A DNA stretch of 32,000 bases from assembly GCF_000015025.1 (NCBI RefSeq), contig NC_008578.1, positions 1,350,001-1,382,000 of the forward strand, in the 5' to 3' direction. Positions 8,084 through 18,598 of the stretch are shown piece after piece. Positions within the stretch are counted from its first letter, which is position 1; every line of letters begins with the position of its first letter. Below the pieces are notes generated by a model. The model was given only the letters and a program-made list of their open reading frames with translations, did no database searches and was not told the origin of the DNA. A program made the position numbers and the translations under genes. The DNA comes from Acidothermus cellulolyticus 11B (GTDB taxonomy: Bacteria; Actinomycetota; Actinomycetes; Acidothermales; Acidothermaceae).

Positions 8084-8998
8084 GTGCAGATGTTGATGGA
8101 GGGTTAACGCAGCAATTGCTGCGGCGCCGGGTACTTCGAACAAGATAGCGAGACTGACCACCGTCGGGCTGGTGGTCCGTAAGACATGGTTGAAAACGGA
8201 GTGCCCGAGCAACTGCGCTCCCCCGGTCAACGCCAAGATTTTCAGCCACGTCCCCAGCGGGTAGCCGCTGAACGGCACGCGAGCTGCCGCGGCACCGATC
8301 GCAAGAGCGCAGGCCGCCGTGCCGTAACAGACCGTCGTGTACAGGACGGTGGACGCCTGGCGGCGGGCGACCGCACCGACGGTGACGTAGCCGGCGGCCA
8401 GCATGCCGGCTGCTAGAGCAAGAAGGTCACCAACAAGCGCGGCACGGGAGAACATCACGTCGAAGCCGGTGAGCGCTCCGGTCGCCACAATCGCCAGCGC
8501 GATGCCGAGCCAGGCCAGCCGATTGATCACTGCGCCGCGCACCCGTGCCATCAATGCCGACCACGCCGGCTGCGTCGCAACCAGCGCGGTCGCGGAGGCA
8601 ACCGAACTGAGCTTCACCCCGTATGTCCACGCCGCGAAGTGCGCCGCCAGCAGCAGACCCGCGCCGACCATGGGTCGCCACGTCGTGGCAAGCACCGACC
8701 TGATCTCGCGCCGGCGAACGAACGCAACAGGCACCAGGACGCAGCTCGCGATCGCATTGCGCCAGAAGGCAATGGCCAGCGCCGGCATACTGATCGCGGC
8801 GATCAGCGGACCGGACGTTGAGACGGCAGTGACCGCTAGCGCGAGCAGGCCGAGATCGGCACGTGCGGGAAGAGCGAGCTCACGCTCCGGCGTAACGACC
8901 GACGTCTGACCTCCCATCGCCGCCATGCTGCCAGGAGCGCTCTCCCTGACCTCCGCACCCCACCTCGCCGCGTCACACTCCGGTTCGGCGTCGAACAT
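7997..8998 (-). CDS. EamA/DMT-family transporter
   Basis: Ten hydrophobic segments in two similar halves, with the typical FWRNAIASCVL pattern. The longest start (8998) leaves only 8 bp to the divergent radical-SAM gene, so the inner ATGs at 8926 or 8917 are plausible. Confidence 0.8.
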   Translation of the reverse strand: MFDAEPECDAARWGAEVRESAPGSMAAMGGQTSVVTPERELALPARADLGLLALAVTAVSTSGPLIAAISMPALAIAFWRNAIASCVLVPVAFVRRREIRSVLATTWRPMVGAGLLLAAHFAAWTYGVKLSSVASATALVATQPAWSALMARVRGAVINRLAWLGIALAIVATGALTGFDVMFSRAALVGDLLALAAGMLAAGYVTVGAVARRQASTVLYTTVCYGTAACALAIGAAAARVPFSGYPLGTWLKILALTGGAQLLGHSVFNHVLRTTSPTVVSLAILFEVPGAAAIAALTLHQHLHLFHIPALAVLIGALGLVVFAGGRAVPAE

Positions 8999-9006
8999 GT
9001 GTTCTA

Positions 9007-10020
9007 ATGGGTGCCATGCGCTGGGACGGCATGCGGATTGACGCCGAGCCGACCGACACGCTCTTTGACTCGAGGTTCCTGGACGGCCCGGCGCGCCGGG
9101 TCGTTTCCCCGAACTTCGCCGGCATCACCTTCTTCGAAATACGGGCCCGGTCAATTCTCAACCGGGTACCGGAGACCTCGCGCGTCCCCTTCCGCTGGAC
9201 CATCAATCCATACCGCGGCTGCTCCCACGCGTGCCGATATTGCTTTGCCCGCAACACCCACACGTATTTGGATTTTGACGCAGGCGCCGACTTCGATTCC
9301 AAAATTGTGGTGAAAATCAACGCGGTCGACGTGCTGCGACGCGAACTCGCCCGTCCGACCTGGGGTCGAGAACACGTCGCGATGGGCACCAACGTGGACT
9401 GTTACCAGCGGGCCGAGGGGCGCTACCGGTTGATGCCAGGCATCATCGACGCGCTCGCGGAATTCCACACGCCGTTTTCGATTCTCACCAAGGGCTCGCT
9501 CATTCTTCGTGACATCGACCATCTGGTGAACGCGGCTCGCCGCGTTGAGGTCGCCACGGCGGTGTCGGTCGGCTTCGTTGACCTCGATCTCTGGCGTGAC
9601 GTCGAGCCCGGCACGCCGAGCCCGTTCGTGCGACTCGACGTGTGCCGGACGCTCACCGACGCGGGGCTGCGGTGCGGCGTCCTCCTCGCCCCGATCCTCC
9701 CGGGCCTGACCGACGACGATGAGCACCTGGCCGCGACCGTCCATGCCGCAGCGAAGGCGGGTGCCAGCCACATCACACCGATCGTTCTTCACCTCCGGCC
9801 TGGGGCGCGGGAGTGGTACCTGGGATGGCTCTCGGAACGGCATCCGGAACTCGTTCCGCTCTATCAGCGCCTGTACGGCCGCTCCGCGTACGCGCCGGCG
9901 GGCTATCAGGCGTGGGTCAGCCGTCGGGTGACCGACCTCGCCGTTCGCGCCGGCATCGGCGCTGCGGATGAGGCGCAGCGTGCGCCTCGTTGGCGGGATC
10001 GGACCCGCCGCTCGGCATAG
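9007..10020 (+). CDS. radical SAM protein (Rv2578c / SplB-like, COG1533 type)
   Basis: CxxxCxxC cluster motif in NPYRGCSHACRYCFARNTH, followed by AMGTNVDCYQ and SILTKGSLILRD, as in the Rv2578c-like family. An alternative ATG lies at 9016 (MRWDG...). Confidence 0.85.
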   Translation: MGAMRWDGMRIDAEPTDTLFDSRFLDGPARRVVSPNFAGITFFEIRARSILNRVPETSRVPFRWTINPYRGCSHACRYCFARNTHTYLDFDAGADFDSKIVVKINAVDVLRRELARPTWGREHVAMGTNVDCYQRAEGRYRLMPGIIDALAEFHTPFSILTKGSLILRDIDHLVNAARRVEVATAVSVGFVDLDLWRDVEPGTPSPFVRLDVCRTLTDAGLRCGVLLAPILPGLTDDDEHLAATVHAAAKAGASHITPIVLHLRPGAREWYLGWLSERHPELVPLYQRLYGRSAYAPAGYQAWVSRRVTDLAVRAGIGAADEAQRAPRWRDRTRRSA

Positions 10021-10029
10021 CCGGGGCCG

Positions 10030-10050
10030 CGGTCGGCGGCCGCCCGACCG
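10030..10050 (+). terminator. GC-rich hairpin 10 nt after the radical-SAM stop
   Basis: CGGTCGG (10030-10036) pairs with CCGACCG (10044-10050) across a 7-nt loop. There is no U-tract, so function as a terminator is uncertain. Confidence 0.3.
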
Positions 10051-10162
10051 TGTCGCGTCCGGTCCGCTGTGCACCGCTGCCGGCGGATCGGCGCGCTCTC
10101 GGCGGGATCGGCGCGTGAACAGCCGGCGCTCGGGCGCGCGAACACCGGGCGCACGCCGGGCA

Positions 10163-11083
10163 TTACCGGTGAGCGCCGACCTCGTGCGTGAGGTGGGTCC
10201 GCGGCTCGAGCTGGAATGTCGAATGGGTGACGTCGAAATGGCCGGCGAGGCAATTCTGCAGCGCATCAAGAAGTTGCGGCGCATGGCCGGAGGCAAAGCA
10301 ATGGTCTTCAAGGACGACGTGCGCAGACAGAGTCGGCAGCCCGGACGTGACCGTCCAAACGTGCAAATCGTGGACGTCGACCACATGCGGGACATCAATC
10401 AAATGCGCGCGCACTTCGGCGAGATCGATGCTCTCCGGGGCGGCCTGTAGGAGAATCCGCCCGGCGTCGCGGAGCAGCCGGTACGCCGCCTTGCCCATCA
10501 ATGCGGCGACAAGCAAGGACGCGATCGCGTCCGCCCGCCCCCAACCGGTGATCAAAATGACTAATCCGGCCGCGGCCGTTCCGGCGAAGGCGTAGACGTC
10601 GGTCAGCAGGTGCGCGAATGCGCCACGAATATTCAGGCTGCGGTGCTGTCCACGGGCCAGGACGGCTGTCGCGACCGCGTTGACGATAAGGCCGGCAACC
10701 GCCGTCAGCAGAACAATCGAACCGACCACCGAGGGAGCCGACGTCAGGCGGCGAACCGCCTCCACGACGATGACCAGGGCAAGGGCGACGAGCGTCACGC
10801 CGTTCACCGCGGCAGCGAGAATTTCCGCCCGCTTGAGTCCGTACGTCCAGACCCCGCCGGCCGGTCGGGCCGCCAGATGCGCGGCCCACAGACTCGCGGC
10901 AAGCGCTGCGACGTCGACCAGCAGGTGACCCGCATCCGCCAGCAGGGCCAGCGACCGTCCGGCGATCGCCGCAACGACCTCAGCGACAAGAAAAGCTGAG
11001 ATCAGGGCGAGGGCGATCCTCAAGTGACGTCGCTGAATCACCTGATCCGCTGGATGCGGCGTCCGGCCGTGTTCACCGTGCAT
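10163..11083 (-). CDS. cation diffusion facilitator (CDF) family metal transporter
   Basis: CDF pattern: LLADAGHLLVDVAA, YGLKRAEILAA, AHLLTDVY, and a C-terminal cytoplasmic domain with HDLHVWTV. I prefer the ATG at 11083 (residue 18 of the listed ORF) because the longer start would overlap the gcvP 3' end. Confidence 0.85.
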   Translation of the reverse strand: MHGEHGRTPHPADQVIQRRHLRIALALISAFLVAEVVAAIAGRSLALLADAGHLLVDVAALAASLWAAHLAARPAGGVWTYGLKRAEILAAAVNGVTLVALALVIVVEAVRRLTSAPSVVGSIVLLTAVAGLIVNAVATAVLARGQHRSLNIRGAFAHLLTDVYAFAGTAAAGLVILITGWGRADAIASLLVAALMGKAAYRLLRDAGRILLQAAPESIDLAEVRAHLIDVPHVVDVHDLHVWTVTSGLPTLSAHVVLEDHCFASGHAPQLLDALQNCLAGHFDVTHSTFQLEPRTHLTHEVGAHR

Positions 11084-11103
11084 GGCAAAATCATGCCACC
11101 GCC

Positions 11104-14004
<2,901 letters not shown>

Positions 14005-14030
14005 GAGGGACCTCCGCTGTCACGTAGCAG

Positions 14031-14213
14031 GTTCCCTCTGTCATCGCACCTGAGAGGTTCGCCGTCCGGCCGGACGACTTTCACCGTCGGTGGCGCGGGG
14101 TATCCGCGCGCTTTCCAGAGGTGCCTCGCCCACGCGGTCTTTTCGCCTGAGAGATTCCCGGATGGTTGCTCCTTCGGCGCCCCCCGCCGGCTGCGAAGGG
14201 CCTCTCCCGCGTG
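14031..14213 (-). promoter_or_regulatory. glycine riboswitch, tandem aptamers, in the gcvP leader
   Basis: Read on the minus strand, aptamer 1 is CACGCGGGAGAGG...GCGCCGAAGGAGCAACC...CUCUCAGGCGAAAAGACCGCGUG. Aptamer 2 is CCUCUGGAAAG...CCACCGACGGUGAAAG...CUCUCAGGUGCGAUGACAGAGG. These are the conserved GGAGAG / CCGAAGG(A)GCAA / CUCUCAGG cores of the glycine riboswitch class, placed upstream of a gcv gene as expected. Confidence 0.9.
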
Positions 14214-14253
14214 GGGTCTTCGGCTGTCTTCAGGCTACCCTGCCGCGGAGCGG

Positions 14254-14934
14254 TCAGCCGGTACGGCGCTGCCGCCGCCTCCGGGCGAGTTCGTCGTTCG
14301 GATACGCCACCGCGGAGTCTTCTGCGGCGCGTTCGCTGGGAAACCGGGCGAGCGATCCGCCGACCTCGCGGACGACCTGGCCGACAGCGATGCCGAACAC
14401 CCCCTGACCACCCTTGACGAGGTCGACGACGTCATCAGCCGAGGTGCACTCGTACACCGTGGCGCCGTCGCTCATCAACGTGACCTGGGCCAAGTCATGC
14501 ACCCCCCGAGACCGAAGGTGTTCCACCGCAGCGCGAATGTGCTGCAGCGAGACGCCGGTGTCCAGCAGGCGCTTCACCACTTTGAGCACGAGGATGTCGC
14601 GGAAGCTATACAACCGCTGCGTGCCCGATCCGGACGCCGGCCGAACGCTCGGCTCGACCAGGCCGGTGCGCGCCCAGTAATCGAGCTGCCGGTAGGTGAT
14701 CCCCGCGACGGCGCAGGCCGTCGGGCCACGGTAGCCGACGGTCTCATCAACGACCGGTAGATCGTCGGCGAAGAGCGGCTCTTGCTCAGCGACGACCGGC
14801 GTCCGATGGGCTCGGATCACCGGACCATCGCGGTCGGCGTCGTTGTGTGTCGCCACGCTTCCTCCAGCATCCGCCACCGGCCTCGACCGTGCGGCGACGC
14901 CGGTATGTCCGTCACGGTAGGCACGGGCGCGCAC
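14254..14934 (-). CDS. MerR-family transcriptional regulator (Rv1830/McdR-like)
   Basis: The HTH reads GYRGPTACAVAGITYRQLDYWARTGLVEPS...RLYSFRDILVLKVVKRLLDTGVSLQ. Its position between gcvP and the DUF151 nuclease matches Rv1830. The exact start is uncertain. Confidence 0.85.
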   Translation of the reverse strand: MRARAYRDGHTGVAARSRPVADAGGSVATHNDADRDGPVIRAHRTPVVAEQEPLFADDLPVVDETVGYRGPTACAVAGITYRQLDYWARTGLVEPSVRPASGSGTQRLYSFRDILVLKVVKRLLDTGVSLQHIRAAVEHLRSRGVHDLAQVTLMSDGATVYECTSADDVVDLVKGGQGVFGIAVGQVVREVGGSLARFPSERAAEDSAVAYPNDELARRRRQRRTG

Positions 14935-14970
14935 CGAGTCAACGCGACGCGCGGATCCGCGCCGAACCCG

Positions 14971-15459
14971 CTATCCGGTCGCTTTCCCGAAGTCCTCCGG
15001 GGAGATCGAATCGAGGAATGCGCGGAACTTCTCCACCTCGTCCTCGGTGTCCCGCTCCCCGGGCATCTCCACACCGGCCTCTTCGAGCACCTCCTCCGAA
15101 CCGAAGATCGTCGCCCCGGTCCGGAGCGCCAGCGCGATCGCGTCGCTGGGCCGGGCGCTCACCTGCGGACCACGGTCAAAGACCAATTCGGCGTAGAACA
15201 CGTTGTCGCGCATCTCGGTGATCCGAACGGCGTTCAGCTTGACCCCGAGCGCGTCGAGCACGTCGCGCATCAGATCATGGGTGAGCGGACGGGGCGGAAC
15301 GACCCCCTGCTGGGCGAACGCTATTGCGGTGGCCTCGACGGCTCCGATCCAAATCGGCAGATACCGATCCCCGCCGACCTCACGGAGCAGGACAATCGGC
15401 TGATTGGTCTGCAGCTCGACCCGCACCCCGACGACCTGCAATTCGTGCATGCTCACCAT
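14971..15459 (-). CDS. bifunctional nuclease family protein (DUF151, Rv1829-like)
   Basis: The sequence ELQVVGVRVELQTNQPIVLLRE...RYLPIWIGAVEATAIA...RPLTHDLMRDVL...VFYAELVF is typical of DUF151 proteins. The ATG start is at 15459. Confidence 0.9.
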   Translation of the reverse strand: MVSMHELQVVGVRVELQTNQPIVLLREVGGDRYLPIWIGAVEATAIAFAQQGVVPPRPLTHDLMRDVLDALGVKLNAVRITEMRDNVFYAELVFDRGPQVSARPSDAIALALRTGATIFGSEEVLEEAGVEMPGERDTEDEVEKFRAFLDSISPEDFGKATG

Positions 15460-15512
15460 CCGCGCTCACCGTCATCCATCAGGTTTTCGCCGTACGGCGG
15501 CCACGACGTCTT

Positions 15513-15546
15513 CACGGTACACCGCGCCGCACGGTACACCGCGCCG
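15513..15546. repeat. perfect 17-bp tandem duplication (CACGGTACACCGCGCCG x2)
   Basis: Units at 15513-15529 and 15530-15546, followed by a degenerate third copy (ACACCCCGCGCCG). It lies in the 131-bp spacer between the FtsR-like gene and the nuclease gene. Confidence 0.95.
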
Positions 15547-15590
15547 CGCAAACACCCCGCGCCGAAGCAGGCCAGGCAACCGCCTCACGA

Positions 15591-16328
15591 TCAGCGGGAG
15601 AGCAGCGGCCGCAGTCCGGATCGGACCAAGGCCGCATGCAGCCGTACCGACAACGCAGCAATCTCCCGCGCCACCTCCTCGGCCCGGGCACGCGCCTCCG
15701 GGCTCCGCTGCCGGACCAGCGGGGTAATCACTTGCTCGACGAGACCCACCTCGCGGTCCGCGGCGGCCCGGAAGGCGCGCAAGTGACGAGGCTCGATGCC
15801 GAATCGGGTCAATTCCTTGACCGTCTTCGCGATGGCGAGGGCGGTCCCGTCGTACGTGGAGCCGCGCGGCGCGATGAGACCGAAATTCTCCAGCGTCGCC
15901 AATTCCTCGTCCGCGATGCCAGCCGCTTGGAGAAACTCGGCGCGGCTCAGGCGTACCTCGCCGCCGTCGGGGGCAAACGCATCCGGACCGGGCATGCCCT
16001 CGCCGCCGACGACACTGACCGGCACCCGGGGCAACCCGGTGCCGCCCGGCAGCGGCGGCTGCAGCCCTTGGTCCAGGGCGTGCAAGTGTTCCTTGATGAC
16101 GCGCAAAGGGAGGTAATGGTCGCGCTGTGCCGTCAGCACGTACCGGAGCCGGGCGACGTCCGCCGGGGTGAATTTTCGGTAACCGGCGGGCGTGCGCTCA
16201 GGTTCGATAAGACCTTCCGATTCGAGAAACCGAATTTTTGAAATCGTCACGTCCGGGAAATCCGGACGCAACTGGGCCAGTACTTCGCCGATGCTGAAGA
16301 ACGCCCGGGAGACTGACCGGTTGCTCAT
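15591..16328 (-). CDS. MerR-family regulator (FtsR / Rv1828-like)
   Basis: The N-terminus FSIGEVLAQLRPDFPDVTISKIRFLESEGLIEPERTPAGYRKF is the hallmark of the Rv1828/Cg1631 (FtsR) group. Its position immediately downstream of garA is conserved. Confidence 0.9.
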   Translation of the reverse strand: MSNRSVSRAFFSIGEVLAQLRPDFPDVTISKIRFLESEGLIEPERTPAGYRKFTPADVARLRYVLTAQRDHYLPLRVIKEHLHALDQGLQPPLPGGTGLPRVPVSVVGGEGMPGPDAFAPDGGEVRLSRAEFLQAAGIADEELATLENFGLIAPRGSTYDGTALAIAKTVKELTRFGIEPRHLRAFRAAADREVGLVEQVITPLVRQRSPEARARAEEVAREIAALSVRLHAALVRSGLRPLLSR

Positions 16329-16344
16329 GGCGATCGTCGCTCCG

Positions 16345-16878
16345 TCACTCGCCGGGATGCGCGCGCGTCGCCGCGGTCAGGTACACCAACCGGAATTTGC
16401 CGATCTGCACTTCGTCGCCGCTGCTGAGCGCCGCCTCATCGATCCGCTCGCGATTGACGTACGTACCGTTCAAACTGCCCACGTCGCGGACGACGAACCC
16501 GTTCTCGGTGCGATGAAATTCCGCATGCCGGCGCGAGACAGTGACGTCGTCGAGGAAAATGTCGCTCTCCGGATGACGCCCGACGGTCGTCACCTCCCGG
16601 TCGAGCAGGAACCGACTGCCCGCGTTCGGGCCGCGGCGGACGACGAGAAGCGCAGCACCCGGCGGTAACGCCTGTACGGCCTCGGCGTGCAGCGCGAGAT
16701 CAGCCTCATCCGTCGTCGACGGTTCCCACGCTTCCACGGCACTGATGGAGATCGTTGAGGTCGCGTCACCGCCGCCGACCGGCTGCCCCGGCTTGGTGAG
16801 CGTGTTGCCGCAGTGCGCGCAGAACCGGGCATCCTCCGGGTTTTCGCGTCCACACTGCGTGCAGAACACCGTCGGCAT
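16345..16878 (-). CDS. garA: FHA-domain protein, GarA/OdhI orthologue with an N-terminal CxxC...CxxC zinc ribbon
   Basis: The C-terminal 100 aa closely track GarA: LPPGAALLVVRRGPNAGSRFLLD...GRHPESDIFLDDVTVSRRHAEF...DVGSLNGTYVNRE...GDEVQIGKFRLVYL. The N-terminus is MPTVFCTQCGRENPEDARFCAHCG. A Thr/Ser-rich stretch (DATSTISIS) sits where the ETTS phospho-motif lies in GarA. Confidence 0.9.
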   Translation of the reverse strand: MPTVFCTQCGRENPEDARFCAHCGNTLTKPGQPVGGGDATSTISISAVEAWEPSTTDEADLALHAEAVQALPPGAALLVVRRGPNAGSRFLLDREVTTVGRHPESDIFLDDVTVSRRHAEFHRTENGFVVRDVGSLNGTYVNRERIDEAALSSGDEVQIGKFRLVYLTAATRAHPGE

Positions 16879-16944
16879 CGGTCAGCCTCCCTTTCTCCAC
16901 CTATGCCAGACGCCGAACCACGGCCTGCGTCAGGTCACGCGGCA

Positions 16945-17337
16945 TCAACCGGTCCCCTCCGCCGCCTCCACCAGGCGACGGTATCCGTCAGCGTCAAGCA
17001 ATGCCGCCAACTCCGCCGAATCGGATGGGCGAATCTCGAGCATCCACCCGTCCCCGTAGGGATCGGTATTGATCAACTCCGGTCGGGAGGCGAGCTCGTC
17101 GTTCCGCGCGACCACCTCCCCGGAGACCGGGGCGTACACGTCGGAGACGCTCTTCGTCGACTCCACCTCGCCAAGCGGCTGACCGGCGACGACCTCGGTG
17201 CCCGGAGCGGGCAGGCTCACGTAGACGATGTCACCGAGCGCACGCTGCGCATAATCCGTGATACCGATCCGCACTCGCTCGTCGACAATCCGCACCCACT
17301 CGTGCTCGGCGGTATAGCGAACATCGTCGGGAATCAC
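16945..17337 (-). CDS. gcvH: glycine cleavage system H protein
   Basis: The GTG at 17337 (residue 110 of listed ORF 16945..17664) is preceded by AGGAGG. The lipoyl-lysine motif is present in GEVESTKSVSDVYAPVSG, and the N-terminus YTAEHEWV is typical. Confidence 0.95.
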   Translation of the reverse strand: MIPDDVRYTAEHEWVRIVDERVRIGITDYAQRALGDIVYVSLPAPGTEVVAGQPLGEVESTKSVSDVYAPVSGEVVARNDELASRPELINTDPYGDGWMLEIRPSDSAELAALLDADGYRRLVEAAEGTG

Positions 17338-17395
17338 GCTGCCTCCTGGATGGTCGATCGATCGGGCGTCTCCACAGCTCTGCCAATCAGGGCGA

Positions 17396-18211
17396 TCACT
17401 TCGTTGAGACCGACGGTACCGGTTCAAGATGCGAGGGTGCCGCCGGGGTTCGGACGACCGTGATCTCGACCCGCTCGTGCCGCACCACCGTACCGCGGGC
17501 GTTCTTGCTCTTGAGGGTGTCGAGCACACCGCCCGGAATGCCAAGGGCGCGATCGAGGGTCTGCGGGTCACCGATCGCGACGACGTCGTACGGCGGGGCC
17601 ATTGCGACGCCGTCCACGACAATGCCCTGGCCGTCCGACGCGTTGAGCACGTAGCTGCTGGCAATCAGCCGGACGTCCGGCTGAGCGGCCGACGGGCCGG
17701 CTCCGTTCGCAGGCGTCCGGGTCGAGGGCAACGGCGAACCCTTGATTTCGATCGCTTCCGCCCCGGCGTCCCGCAATTCCTGAATGGTGTCGACGAGCAC
17801 GTCGGCGGTGACGGCATGGGTGGGGTCGTCAATCGCCAGATCGATGCCGGGCCCGGCGACGGGAACCGTGCCGGCGTAGACCTCCAGTGCCTCCAGTTGC
17901 CGCTGTGCTTCCGTGAGTGCCGCCCGGGTCTGATCGGTGCCGCTGGTCAGATCGTTCAGGGTGCTCTCCTGGGCGGCGATTTGCGCACGCAGTTGATCCG
18001 CGCGGGTGTTGAGATTGTCGAGGACGTCGACCAGGTCGGGTTGCCGGGCGGCCTTCAGCTTCGCCGAGGCGGCGGTGTCCACCTGGGTCACGATGGCGAA
18101 ACCGAGCAGCCCACAGAGCACCGCAATCGCGAGCTGGCCGCGAAACGGGCCGAACCGCCGGCCGCGACGCGCCCCGCCGGCGGACTGCTCGTCCACAGAC
18201 TGCTCAGCCAT
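17396..18211 (-). CDS. DUF881 membrane protein (Rv1825-like)
   Basis: One N-terminal TM helix, a coiled-coil (LRAQIAAQESTLNDL...) and a C-terminal DUF881-like domain. I prefer the ATG at 18211 (GAGG upstream) over the TTG at 18232. It is part of the DUF881-sbp-DUF881 triad. Confidence 0.85.
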   Translation of the reverse strand: MAEQSVDEQSAGGARRGRRFGPFRGQLAIAVLCGLLGFAIVTQVDTAASAKLKAARQPDLVDVLDNLNTRADQLRAQIAAQESTLNDLTSGTDQTRAALTEAQRQLEALEVYAGTVPVAGPGIDLAIDDPTHAVTADVLVDTIQELRDAGAEAIEIKGSPLPSTRTPANGAGPSAAQPDVRLIASSYVLNASDGQGIVVDGVAMAPPYDVVAIGDPQTLDRALGIPGGVLDTLKSKNARGTVVRHERVEITVVRTPAAPSHLEPVPSVSTK

Positions 18212-18228
18212 CCCTGCCTCAACCCACG

Positions 18229-18561
18229 TCAAGCCCGGAACACGTGCCGGCGAATCGCCGCTGCGTTGGAGAAAATCCGGATGCTCAACACGACGACCAC
18301 ACCGGTGGACATCTCGCTTCCGACACCCAGTTGATCTCCCAAGAACACGATCAACGCCGCCACCAGCACGTTCGCGATAAACGACACGACAAAGACTCGG
18401 TCGTCGAAGAGACCGTCGAGCATGGCCCGCACCGCACCGAAGACCGCGTCCAACGCGGCAATGACCGCAATCGGCAGGTACGGCTGCAAACCCGCCGGAA
18501 CGCTCGGATGCGCAATCAGCCCAACCACGATCCCGATAGCGAGTGCGAGTGCGGGTATCAC
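18229..18561 (-). CDS. small basic membrane protein (DUF1290, Sbp/Rv1824-like)
   Basis: The GTG at 18561 (residue 83 of listed ORF 18229..18807) has GGAGG 4 nt upstream. The 110-aa product begins directly with a TM helix (VIPALALAIGIVVGL) and contains PIAVIAALDAVFGAVRA, as in Sbp-type proteins. Confidence 0.8.
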   Translation of the reverse strand: MIPALALAIGIVVGLIAHPSVPAGLQPYLPIAVIAALDAVFGAVRAMLDGLFDDRVFVVSFIANVLVAALIVFLGDQLGVGSEMSTGVVVVLSIRIFSNAAAIRRHVFRA

Positions 18562-18598
18562 CGGACCTCCGCGACGGTTGACCAAGTGCCTGCGGACA

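Noticed and set aside
9151-10398. 415-aa minus-strand ORF
   Set aside because: It is antisense to the radical-SAM gene and runs across the convergent spacer into the CDF gene in the wrong frame. The sequence is Arg/Pro-rich and motif-free.
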